A stretch of DNA of 64,000 bases from the human T2T-CHM13v2.0 reference genome, Homo sapiens (GCF_009914755.1 NC_060932.1); one strand, 5' to 3'. Shown: positions 22,281 through 36,676, counted from the stretch's first letter. Made by a program: numbers and translations. Notes: a model not told the origin generated them from the sequence alone.

Positions 22281-24772
22281 AGGAAAGAAGAGGTAACACT
22301 GACATCGATATTGCTAAAAAAGAAGCTTAATGCAAGTTTAACACAATGGTTAAGAGACCTCATACATTTTCTATACATTTCTACTACCCATGTTTTTCTG
22401 GTTTCCTAGAAAACTGAAAATAGAACATAGAGATTACCCTTCATTTCCACCTAGAATATGAGAACAACAAAACACTGAACAAGAACATATGAATAGTAAA
22501 GAGTAATGCTGGAAAGAACAGAAATTGTTCTATTCTTGATCCTAGAAAATAACCTAGGGTAGAATGCAACTATACCAAAGGTCTATTTGCGAGGATTTAA
22601 TTTTTAAACTGAAAAAATATGGTAATCAGATCTTCAGTGCCAAAAATTATTTTTAAAAACGTAGGCATATACAGAGGCTGGGAGTAGATAAAGGTGAAAT
22701 TAAAGTCATAAGAGTATGAACAAGAAGCAGCACATCACTATGAAAAAGCAATTCAGCACACGACACCCTTTAGGAATTATTCAATGAAAGCCAATTTCTG
22801 GGGACCAACATCCCAGTGAACTGTTCCTATTTGTTCTCCCACTGTTGTTACCTCCTATTTCTCTGTCCATACAGAGTAAAACTCTGAGCCTAAGTAAATT
22901 ACTAGCCATTGCAGTAGTGGAAAATAACTTAATATTATACACAAAAGCGGATGGGTTAACAAAGATAATGTAAGAAACAACTAAAAAAAATGTGCTGGAG
23001 TCCTGTCACTCATATTTTCAGAACTTTCTTCTTCAGCTGCTCAAAAATCCTCGATGGAATTGAAGGTGCTTCTAGAATATGCCTTTTCTTTGGTTTTTGA
23101 CTATTCTTCCGTGAATATCTTCATGAGTCATTTGGCCAGGCAGTCCACTCACAGGCATCTGACACATTATTATTTAGTCCTGGAAATGGTTGCCGCGCCA
23201 CAGGCTTTAGGAGGCTTCCTGTGGGAATAAGCCTGATGTACTGGTCTCTGCTGCAGACATGCTGAAACTAGGTTTATCTCTCACATTCAAAGATGGCATT
23301 GTTTCCAAGGAGATGCCTTTAAAAAAGAAAAGTTGAAAATCAACTAGATTAAAAAAAAAAACTAATAATGCAGTGCAAATTTTCATACAATATTGTATTT
23401 CAGCTAAGACTGAAAAATAATTCTAATAAGAAATTTTAATGTTTCACTTCAGTTTTAAGTATACAATATTTTCAAAAAAACTTAAAAGGGCATCACAGGG
23501 TATACAGTAAAAGAACCGCAAATAATTGAAAAGCATGGTTTACACTCCGCTGTAAGATGAACTACTGAATTGATGACTTGGTAAACTTCTTCCAGCCATA
23601 GGATTCTGAAACTGTATTATCTGGTGACTAAATCTTGGTACCACTGAACCAAATCTAGGCAAGTCATTTGTTTGCCCAGGTTTTCTTAAATATAAAATAC
23701 AGGGCTGGTTTTTCTTACTGGAGAAAAGGCACCAGAATCACTTAAGGATGGTTTAATACTGATGTCCGGGGCCTGTGGCAGCAGCTCTACCAAATTTGCG
23801 TCTCAGGAGTTAAGTGAAGACATCTGCTACTTTCAGGATAAACCCTGGGTCATTCTGCTGTACATTCCTAGTTAAAGAATAGATCACGTCCAGAATCCAG
23901 CTCTCCAACCCTAAAATTCATAACATGGGACTGGTAGAGATTTCATTAAATTATCCTAGCTTCGTAGGCTGAAAATAAATTAATCAGTGTATCATTCTCT
24001 CTTTCCCTAAAAGTTTCCCATTCAGGGAAGAGCCTGAAATGAAGATTAGGGCTAACGTGCAAATTGGATAAAAACTACAATATAGACTATTTTAACTCAA
24101 GTTTTCCAAATTACTTCCTCAGATACTTAAACAGAACACAAGGTATAGGTCAATATTCATTATTACAAGTTTCTTTTATGCAGGCCATCCCGAAATATAT
24201 GATGTTCTTCTTAAGGGAGCATAACGAAAGCAGCAAGTCATTTCATCACTGACTCAAATTCTGAAGCTACCCCCAAGATAAATGATATGATATCCTTCCC
24301 AGTAGAAACAATCTGTGTAATACAGAATACTGTACCTGCAACGTGTGTGTGTCCTCCCTGGCTGCTAACCAGGCTTGCAGCCCAGGCTTCATTCAAGGGC
24401 ACTTCCTCCTAATTCCTGGACAGCTGGTGTGGTGATGTATACACTCCCCTATCTGTGGAGCCATTTAGATTCAGTGACTGTTGATGCCCGATGCCCCCAA
24501 AATCATACTGTCAGCTCCCAACAAAAGGGAGACATACTGGGACTTTCAGAGAAATACCACTGTTCTTCATCTTGCTGAAATTTATAGGCCCTCATCTAAT
24601 TCTAAACAGCTTCAAACTGACTTTATTCCAGGTGTGTCACCAAATCAATCACACAATTTTACATTTTTTTCCACCAAAGGAGTATTACTTGGTTTGAAGA
24701 GACCTCCTGACCCCAACAGCATTCTCTATTGCTCAATACAACCTGAAAAAGTGAATCAAGATTCTACAAAAA

Positions 24773-25370
<598 letters not shown>

Positions 25371-26192
25371 AGATTCCACAAAAAGATAAAGCAAATGGAC
25401 AGAAGTGTATAGGAAACCTTTAGTAATACCCACATTAAGGTAAATTACTACCACTAGGGCTTCAAATCTGGTAAGTGTTTAAAAAAAGAAATGCAGTAAG
25501 ATATCCAGTGTCATTCAATATTATTTTATTTGGCATAAGTTTTTTGATACTAAATTAGTAACAAGCAATCATTGTCCTATGTCCTGGTGAATCACTGTTC
25601 TAGAATTCAGTATCTATAAAAAATCATAATCCTCAGCTTTGAGATTCAAACTTCAGTTTCTCTCCACCATCTTTAGTCATTTCAATATATAATGTCCCCT
25701 TAACCATTCCATTATCAATGTCCTCTATATAGAAAATCCAGCATTCCTTCTGCAGTTTAGAGACACTGCAATCTCTTAGGCTACTTTGAAATTTTTAAAA
25801 GAGCATCTCTTACAGCTGCAAAAGTAGTGCTTAGATGTCCCTTCGAAGTATAAAGTAAAGCTCCCCAGAGAAACCACACCGCCTCTGGAGCCAGACTGCC
25901 TACTTATGATTTCCGGTACGATCTTGAGCAACAAACTTAATTACTTTGCTGTGTCTCCATTTCTTCCTCTGAAAAATGAGGAAATAATTGTACCTACTTC
26001 AAAGGATTGTTGTGAGGTTCACATTTTAAGCACGACATAAGTATTAACTCTTATTTAGCTCCAAATTCTAGTACTGTTTCACATGTGTACACTAGGTTTG
26101 CCTAACTAAAATATAACCTACCATTTTGAGTATCTTTGATGTTTCCCCACGGTATGTAACATTCATTTAATAGGTAAATATAAACCTACTCT

Positions 26193-26278
26193 GTATATAT
26201 ACATGTATATTATATATATTATATATTACATATATTACATTATATATTATAGGTATTATATAATATTATATATTATAC
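26193..26278. repeat. AT-rich low-complexity (TATAT)n repeat
   Basis: Read directly. Confidence 0.85.
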
Positions 26279-26879
26279 TGGATACCAAGGCAATTCTCAA
26301 AAATAGGATATCCTGTAGCCTTGAAGAGCTTATATTTTGGGTGAGGAAACAAAATACATGAAACACTCATGTATCAATATAAAGCTATAAAAGATTCACT
26401 GTCACAGAGTGTGGTATACACAGTTAATGTTCAAAGAATCATTGTGGGCTGCAGATTGCAGAGAAAGTCAGGCTGGAGTGGCCCTGCACCTAAAAGCAGG
26501 TGGGATCTTCACTAGTGGAAAGTGGAGAGAGGATTCCCCAGGGAAAGTGCTCATTCTACAAAGGTTTACATAGCACTCTCAGTTTGCCAGGTTCTGTTCT
26601 AGGCCCCAGAAAAAAGACAATGAGTGAAACAGAAGAAGTCCCTGCATTCAGGGAGCTTAAAGGGCACTCCATCTGAGAGCCAAATTTTGAAGGAATGAGA
26701 AACGCTTGTCTTCCTGTCATAGGAAACACATCATTTAAATGCCTTATGAACAGGAGCCAATGCTGTTATTACACTCACTATGGCTTTCCAACAGTGAAAA
26801 ACATACAGAAATTCCAAAATTTTTTCATGTACTGTAATATACTGCATTCTAAATCAGTTCCATCTTTAAAAAGCACATA

Positions 26880-26993
26880 GGCCAGACACGGTGGCTCACA
26901 CCTGTAATCCCAGCACTTTGGGAGGCTGAGGAGGGCAGATAACGAGGTCAGGAGATCGAGACCATCCTGGCTAACACAGTGAAACCCCATCTC
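26880..26993 (+). mobile_element. AluY-like left arm only, 3'-truncated
   Basis: gatcgagaccatcctggctaacac, then abrupt loss of Alu similarity; no tail. Confidence 0.85.
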
Positions 26994-27956
26994 CAGTCAC
27001 AAATTCACTCCAAAGGAAAACATGTATACATCTTTTTTATTCTAAGATCCTTCCATTAATGACAACTCTCAACTCCTCCCCTCCCCAAAGAGAAAATGCC
27101 TTTAAGTAAAGAAACCCTCTTGTAAATACTGACTAGCAAAGCATTCTTAATCTTTTCCTCTTCCCAAAGATGGACCACCAGAATCTTCTGATAGCTAAGT
27201 TCCAGCATGCTTTTTTAATCACAAAGAAGACACACATCCAACTCTCCAGTCCTTTCAACTCCCAAGAAAATGTGAACTGTTAAGTTAAACCCTACGCTCA
27301 TCTCGGAATCACTGTTAATTGTAACTGTTATGCCTACACAAATCATTAAATTCTATCTTCAAAATAAAATTAAGGAAGCCAAAACTGTTCAATTAAATCC
27401 AATCAAAAAACTTACTATTAATGCACAAAGTACTGGACTCAATACTAAGCATATGTTCAAGACATTTAAAGGCAAACTAAAAACTTAGACACACAAATCT
27501 TTCACAACTAGCTACAATGTAAATAACATCCTTAACATTTAAATGCCCAGTAAAACTGTGCTAGACTCATCAACAAAGTAATAGCCAGTCCACTGTTTTT
27601 TATTTTTTTAGTTTGGTATTGGAAAATTAGCCTTGTTTCATTATGTTTGTTTACCCTTAATTAGGAATGTCACTTAGAAATTAAATATGGAAAGAGGGGG
27701 CCATTTAAGAAAGGACCATTAGGGCTTTCTCAATATTTACCTTTTTCCAATGTCCTAGCATAGCCTGTTCACTGGGTGACAATGTTATATAATAGAAACT
27801 CTGATAAATAAGAGACACGGGGCTTTGGAAACTATTCAGCACCTAAATAAAGGGACTAATTGTACTTCTATGAATTTTTAAAGCCATCTTCCAACTTGAA
27901 AAACACATTAATTTACTCTATGGGTAACATTTTATATTGCCAACACTCTTATTTTA

Positions 27957-28304
<348 letters not shown>

Positions 28305-29069
28305 TCACATTTGGACACACTGAAATCAAACTCACGTATTCAAATTTTTTTAGATTAAGTTACATAAAGCATGCACACCATTTGGCACAGGCCCGGCAAA
28401 CAATCAGTACTCAACATCACCTGTTATTTTCCTGATTTTCCAACTTTAGAGTCAAACTAAATGTTATACAATTATATGTATGATTATGTATATACAATAT
28501 ATATAAATACATATAAATACCGTAAATTAAGCTAGTATGTTATTGCGTAAAGTAATGGTCTTACCCTAGACGAAGGTGAGTTTAATTGTAACAGATGAAA
28601 CAAAGAATAGAAAACTTGTTAAGAAGTGTTCAATGTAAGCTCTCATCTCTGCAGGGTTTCATGTGACTTATAATTACCAGTCAGCTGGTCCTAGAGAACT
28701 TAATCAAAATGTATAGTAAAGACGAACTACGTGGACCAGTGGCCATTTATCTGCAAGGTGGCACCAGCCACTGACATCTGATCACTTCCATACTGATGCT
28801 GAAATCCTATGCAAATTCATTACTTAGGTCAAGCTGGGAAACACTTCTGTCAAGTCACTACACAATTAAATAAAAATACCCAAAAGGGACTTACACTGAC
28901 AATGCTATAGCATCCTGGCCATATCCAGTTTTGAAAACACTACGGTGTCAGCCACGCACCATTTAGGACGGGGAGAATGGAAAGCCAGTTTGGAGAACAG
29001 ACGCTTTCTTAAGAGTACACGTGAATATGAAAAGGGACTCTATGCTCTCAAGACCAAAAAAGAAATCCT

Positions 29070-30220
29070 CTGCGCCGCCCGGCTACATTGCGCCTGGTGG
29101 GACAATGTACACGACCCCTCCCCCGCCGAGTCCCACCCCAAGCGCGCACAGCGGAGCAGGAGGCGCCCGGCACTCGCAGGTAATGCCCGGTCCCTGCCAC
29201 TTCCGTCGAGTTTTCGCAAAGGCGCCGCACGGCAAGCGACGGCCAGGTCCACGTGGGCCAGCAGGCGCGGGGGACGCAACCCGCCGCCGCCGCGAGCCCC
29301 GCCGGCGCCGACCAGCCCTGGCCCCCACCCGCGGGAGCCCGGGAGTCGGGCCGGGGGCTCGCGGGAGGCGGCGCGCGCAGCCCGGGCGGGGGTCGCGGCG
29401 CGGTAGGGGAAAGGAGCCCGGCTCCACTCACGCGCCCGGGGGCGGCACTGGGGCCGCCGCTGCGTCTCTCCGGCTCAAAAAACTGAAAAGGGGAAAGGAA
29501 AAAAAAAAAAAAAAAAGACCTGGCTCCTCGTTTCATCCGGAAACCGACCGGCCGGCAGGAAATGACGAAGGCAGAGGGCGTCCAGGTCCGCTCGGTAACC
29601 GTTTCCCGCGCGCCCGGCCCCGACTCCGGGGTAAAGAGCCCCGGAGCGGAGCAGCGCTGGCCGCGTGCCGCCTCCGGAGCCGGCAGCGTGAGTGGCCCCG
29701 CGTCCCCGCTTCTCCCGGTCCCCGGCGGGGCCGCGTCACCCGGCCCCGCCCCGCGCCGCCCGCCCCGCCCCGGACGCGGGGGTAAGGGGGGTGGCCGCCC
29801 GCCTGCCCTCGGTCCCGTGCGGTCCCCGAAACTCCGAGCACCTGCCCGGTCCCGGCGCGGAGCCCCTCGGCGTCGCGTGGAGCTGCGAGTCGCCCGCTTC
29901 CGGAAGCGCACACGGGCCAGTTGCGGCGGCCCATCTGCCGGGGCGGCGGGGGCTCGGCGGGAGGGTTGAGGCTGAATCACGCGCAGCCTGCGGGCGGCGG
30001 AAACGTCCCTAGAGCCTCGCCGCCCTGGGACCCGGGCTGCTTCCTGGGAGAGGATTACATTTTCTCCCTGCTCCACTTGACTTTCTTCCGGAAGGAGCAG
30101 GTCTCGCAGGATCGGGGCCAAGACTGGAAGAGTTCAGGTTTGGGAGTCGTGTGTATAACAGCCCCGCGCCTCCACGCCCAGGCCTGTGTGGCTTTGGACA
30201 AGTTATATAACCACCGCCGC
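29070..30220. promoter_or_regulatory. CpG island; bidirectional SLC20A2(-)/SMIM19(+) promoter
   Basis: Very high GC and CpG content; GC boxes (~29754-29771); palindromic ETS sites CGCTTCCGGAAGCG (29895-29908) and CTTCCGGAAG (30085-30094); ETS-CRE-like CAGGAAATGACG (29556-29567); E-box CACGTG (29250); splice donors on both strands. Confidence 0.9.
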
Positions 30221-30355
30221 CACCCCAGTTTCTTCTCCTGTAAAATGGAGCTTTAGTGCCGCCCAGCAGGGTTGTTGGGATAATTCAGTGACTCTGTGGA
30301 CTGCCCAGCACCTGTGAATTGCTTTCCTGGATGTTGGGTGAAGGCCTGTGAGCTT
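29179..30355 (+). other. SMIM19: Candidate alternative non-coding first-exon donors of SMIM19: exon ends 29179 (CAG|gtaatg), 29687 (AGC|gtgagt), 29781 (GGG|gtaagg), 30355 (CTT|gtatgt)
   Basis: Donor motifs in or next to the CpG island. The ATG exon starts only 4 nt before the start codon, so an upstream exon is required. Which donors are used cannot be told from sequence. Confidence 0.45.
29842..29950 (-). other. SLC20A2: Probable non-coding first exon of SLC20A2 (TSS approximate)
   Basis: Minus-strand donor GGGCAG|gtgctc (weak) inside the CpG island. Gene identity comes from the known head-to-head SLC20A2/SMIM19 arrangement, not from coding sequence. Confidence 0.45.
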
Positions 30356-30645
30356 GTATGTACCCTTCGGCTTCAGAATACCAAGCCTTTAGTGTTTCAG
30401 AGGGATGAGAGAAAGAAATCCCATTTTTTGATGCAGAGGATTTTGTTGTAAGGGACTCTAGGAACTAAGTGGTTCCAATGTGAATTTGTATCAAAGTAAC
30501 AAAGTTCTAAGTGAGAGACAAAAATGATAACATTCAAGGCACGATGACAAGCGGTGGTCAATTTTAGAACCACCTAGACGTGACATCAGGAACCCAAAAT
30601 CACGACACAGATTTTAAAGCTTATGATACAGTGACCTAGTCCCTA

Positions 30646-31006
<361 letters not shown>

Positions 31007-32114
31007 TCAATCTAAAACCAACCCCTAGTTGTAATATATTGGCAAGTTTATATACTCTTGTTTACTTGAGACTTAATTCAGCCCATCCTAGCCTCTCCTT
31101 ACTGAAATAGTTCAAGCATTACATTACAGGAAAATGTGAAAAAAGGTGTCTTGCTTTAGATTCCAGAGGAAGGCTGTGGTGGTATGCAGTAAGCACGCAG
31201 CAGGTGTATGTGTGTACACTTGGTTACACTGTGGCATGCCGGGGAGGAGGGGACGGGGTCATAGTTCAGGCTGCCTGTGGGCTGTGGGTCTGTACTGTGA
31301 CTCAGGACCAGAGCACTCCTTACTCCTGGCAGCCTTATAAAGTCATGCCATTGATCATGATTGAGGACTGGGCGGGAAAGGCCTCCCCTCTGCAAATCTT
31401 TCACAACTACACTCCTAAAAATAACTCAAGTGCATGTGCCTGGAAGCGCAGAAGAGTGACTTCATGACATACCAATCATGTTGTATAATATAGGTTGTAT
31501 AATTCACGTTAAAATTTTACCGTTCTATGTCAGCAGTAATTAGAAATTTTTTCCTAAGTGTAATTAAAGACCTGCATATTTGGGGCAGGAGGAAGTAGCG
31601 CTTTTGAGTAGGAATATACCATTTACTGAGTGGCACATGAACAGAATCTTGTGAAAAATTAAAGTAAGAAATTAACCTGGTTCTGATCCATTTTGTCATT
31701 AGAAAATAGGAAACATTTTTTAATTTGTCAGATAAATGACACCCGTGAAATGTTCTAGTGGCCAGTGCTGTATGGTTCCCCGTTTCTTGCCTAATTTGTT
31801 AATAACTCTCAATCCTGAAAGCTGCCTCCCTTGCTGCATAATTGTCCTGGGCCTTCTGCAGCATCTCAAATCAGACACATAAAGTCATCTTTTTTTTGCC
31901 AAACACGGTGGTGGTGGTTGCTATTTTACACTTTGGCACCAACGAAGTTTGAGATTCCATAAATTATAAAGACAGTTATAGTGTCTGGGCTTCCAAAAGT
32001 TTCCATGTCTAAAGTAGGCTGATTACTTACTATAAACCATAAAGTTACATTCAGAGGAACTCTGGAATTTAGTTTTGAGGAATAAGAATTGAAACTCTCA
32101 ATATGTCAAATACC

Positions 32115-32500
<386 letters not shown>

Positions 32501-33540
32501 TTATATATTTAGATAGTGCATCTAAATATATATTTAGATAGTGCATCTGCAAATTTTTACAACTTAATTTCTGTTTTTATTGTTCTCTGGCTAATTTTCA
32601 CGAGACAAATCTTTATATTCAGCAGACACCCATAGTTAGTTTAGTCAAATCACTCCTGCCCTCAGTGTGAAGAGTTGAAGTTAAATGGCTGTTCATGATA
32701 CTCACTTTATTCTAAAGGAGTACAGTATGTCCCCAAACATCTGACAAAGTCACGTTGTCAGAAAGGTAGAAACATGCCATGTGGCTTAGGAACAGACCTC
32801 TCCTGAAATTTCATTTTTCTCATATAGAGGCAAGCTAAAAGAAAGAACTCTGCCCTCAAAACATGTATATTAACTAGCTGGCCAAATCTACACTAATGAA
32901 CACTTTGGAGGTTTACAGCATGGACTCCTGCAAGACATTTTAGTGAAAGAATTTTTGTAATGCCTTCATTGTTGTAGGCAGCGTAGAAAAAAATCACCAA
33001 ACAACTTTTTAGACTGTTTTTCTTGGTATTAGAAAATGACTGATTCTCAGAAACTACAGTGCAACTATCACTTATATTTGTCCATTTTTCTCCTGTATAT
33101 AGAGTGTCTAAAACAACACTTCTGGATTTTCTTTACATATTAGGTCATTTTACTTAGACTTACCTTTTATGTCCCAACACAAGGGAGGAACTCTCTTTAA
33201 AGAAAAATTCAGTTAACTTCTCAAACACAAAGAAGAAGTCATTACTTTTACTTGCTGTTTGATGCACTTGCTGTGACCACTCTAACTTTCTGTGGGAATG
33301 TCCAAAGAATGCATTTCCTAGGGTAGATGTCACAGCTGTGTCAATAGCAAAATGTATCTTTTCATCCCATAGCTTCTTTCAACCAAATTTGTCCAGCAGG
33401 CCAAAACTAGATAAAGCTCTAAACGTTTCCCAGTGTGGGAGGCATGCGGGGTGAGAGAGCCATGTTCTGGCTGTCACATCCTTGCTAGGCTGCTGTGCAA
33501 CACTTTTGTAGCAGCACAGCCAGGTGTTGAGTCTCTGTGA

Positions 33541-33832
33541 TTTTTGTTTTTTGAGATGGAGTCCCGCTCTGTCACCCAGGCTGCATTGCAACGGCCTGAC
33601 CTCAGCTCACTGTAACCTCCGTCTCCCAGGTTCAAGCAATTCTTCTGCCTCATCCTCCCAAGTAGCTGGGATTACAGTCACCCACCATCATGCCCAGCTA
33701 ATTTTTTGTATTTTTAGAGAAACAGGGTTTCACCATGTTAGCCAGGCTGGTCTTGAACTCCTGACCTCAGGTGATCACCCACCTCGGCCTCCCAGAGTGC
33801 TGGGATTACAGGCCTGAGCCACCACGCCCAGC
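33541..33832 (-). mobile_element. AluS
   Basis: Full dimer. Confidence 0.9.
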
Positions 33833-33944
33833 AGAGTCTCTGTTTTAAAGTATTCTGTTACTTTCCTCTGGGTGTTACAATTTGGAAACTGCAATAACAT
33901 TTCAAGCTCAGTCCTTTTAGTAATATTATTTTTTATCCCAAGTT

Positions 33945-34411
33945 TCTTAAAGGGCCAGATTGTAAATATTTTAGGTTTTGTGGGCTTTGAAACAAAATCA
34001 ATATTGTGTAGGTGCAGTCCTTGGTATTTGGGAGATTGGTGCCAGGACCCCCTCAGATATCAAAACCCGTAGATGCCCAAGTCCCGATATAAAATGGCAT
34101 AGTATTGCATATAACCTAAGCACATCCTCTATGTACTTTAAATCATCTCTAAGCACTTACAATACCTAATACAATGTAAATGCTATGTAAATAGTTGGTA
34201 TAATGTATTTTTTAAAATTTGTATTTTTTCCCAAATATTTTCCATTCACAGTTGGTTGATTATGTGGATGCAGAACCGTCAGATAGAGAGGGCCAACTGC
34301 ACCATTTAAAATGTGCCACTTAGAAATGTAAATCCCATTCTTGGCTCATGGGCCGCACACAAACAGGTGGTGGACTGGATTTGGCCAGCAGGCCATATGT
34401 TTGCCAACCCT
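33945..34411 (+). mobile_element. MER58-like hAT element with a nested MER2-like Tigger element (~34010-34299)
   Basis: taaagggccagat.gtaaatattttagg ... ggatttggcc...tttgccaaccct flanks ttggt.ccaggacccc...ggatgcagaacc...gagggccaactg. Confidence 0.75.
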
Positions 34412-34476
34412 TCTCCAGACAGTGCTACCATCATTAATTAAAAGAAACCCTGCTTTCTTTTCTCTCTTACAGCCCC

Positions 34477-34610
34477 ATGGCTGGGGGTTATGGAGTGATG
34501 GGTGACGATGGTTCTATTGATTATACTGTTCACGAAGCCTGGAATGAAGCCACCAATGTTTACTTGATAGTTATCCTTGTTAGCTTCGGTCTCTTCATGT
34601 ATGCCAAAAG
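34477..34610 (+). CDS. SMIM19: SMIM19 coding exon 1 (exon starts 34473): [44 protein letters not shown], includes the transmembrane helix
   Basis: Polypyrimidine acceptor ctttcttttctctcttacag|CCCCATGG and donor AAAG|gtaaat at 34611. Translation recognised as the SMIM19 (C8orf40) N-terminus with hydrophobic [15 protein letters not shown]. Confidence 0.95.
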
Positions 34611-34706
34611 GTAAATTTTTGTTTCTCAGGGTAGATAAAAACTGTGCATTTACAAGTTTTGCTAGTTTAAGAAATATGAAATGAATGCATAAAAGTAATT
34701 TCATCA

Positions 34707-35432
<726 letters not shown>

Positions 35433-36676
35433 TCAGCCCCCAGGCCAGCTGCACTAAACTCTCAATTCTGCAATTTCTAATATAGCCCAATTTTATCATC
35501 CAGCCTGGGTTCATTGTCACCCTTCATTGAGCACATTTTTTTTGGCTTAAGTCCCTGAATGCAGAAACACTGACTCCTGTGTATTCAGCAGATCTCCCTT
35601 TAGCCAGTATAAGCTTTTCCTTGTTTTTTGTGCATGACTATATCATAGCACTTATTAAACAATGTTAGTTTTATCTGATTACTTGTCTGTCCATTCCACA
35701 ACATGTCTTTTTTGTCTTTTACTTTTGGGTCCTTGGTGTGCCATATAGTGTAAATCTTCAATAAGTATTTCCTGCTTTAATTCCAGATGTTGTAGCTTAA
35801 TTTAACTGCTTTTCCACATTCCCTGGCTCCTTTCCCAGAAGTACAGTAAAAAGGGGGAGGTGCAGGGATGCTTTAAAAAGAGGAAGAGCAGTGTTAGATT
35901 GGGATGCTTCTGCAGACACATGCTTTACAGGTATCCTGTCCCAAGGTAAAAAGGCATTCGAGAGTTCAAGGTAATTAGTAATCCAGAAATAATTTACGTT
36001 TGGCCTGAGGAATCATTCAGAGCCCGCACTTGCGCCCAGATCTCAGCTGAACCCTCCTGGAGCAGCTGGCCTGTTGGCTGCTGAACTCTAGGGGTGGTGA
36101 GAGGAGGCACCCTGACCATCACTGATCACCTGGCAGGTGACCGCTTTCCTCTAAAAACAGCCACCGCCGCCTCCCCATGTTTCTTTTAAAAGCAGAGGCA
36201 CGCTGTTCTTAATTTTAAAAAGATGTCTCCACTAAGCCCATCCTATTGTATTTAAGAAATATGTTTATTCATTACTTTCCAAAATTAGGATCTGCTCACA
36301 TTCAGTTTATTCTCCAGCCCAGTCATTTAGCTTTATCTGGATGTCATGAAAGGGAGGAAAAATCAGCTGTTTTCTTGTTTGTGATTTTCTCATAGGATAT
36401 TTGGCTTTTGGAGGATTGAGGAGAATCACAATGGAGGAACTTCACTTTGTTGTGTTAAATGGATGTGTTCAGCTACTTTTCTCACAGCCTCATACTTTTT
36501 AGTGAAAGAAAGAATACTTTGAGCCAAGGAAGCAGCTCTCAAAGACAAAATAGAAAGTAAAATGGTCTTGTCATTTAAGTCCTTTTACCACAGCTTCTGA
36601 TGACCAGGATCATGAGCATATTACAACTCTATAGACATTAATACAAACATCTCTTCTGCATGGATTTTGTGTTTAG

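Noticed and set aside
28751-28766. CTCF-like motif ctgcaaggtggcac near the promoter
   Set aside because: Mismatches at core positions; cannot be supported without ChIP data.
28945-30256. Long ORFs in several frames (357, 254, 153 aa and others)
   Set aside because: Low-complexity Arg/Pro/Gly/Ala translations on both strands, expected from stop-codon scarcity in a CpG island; no recognisable domain.
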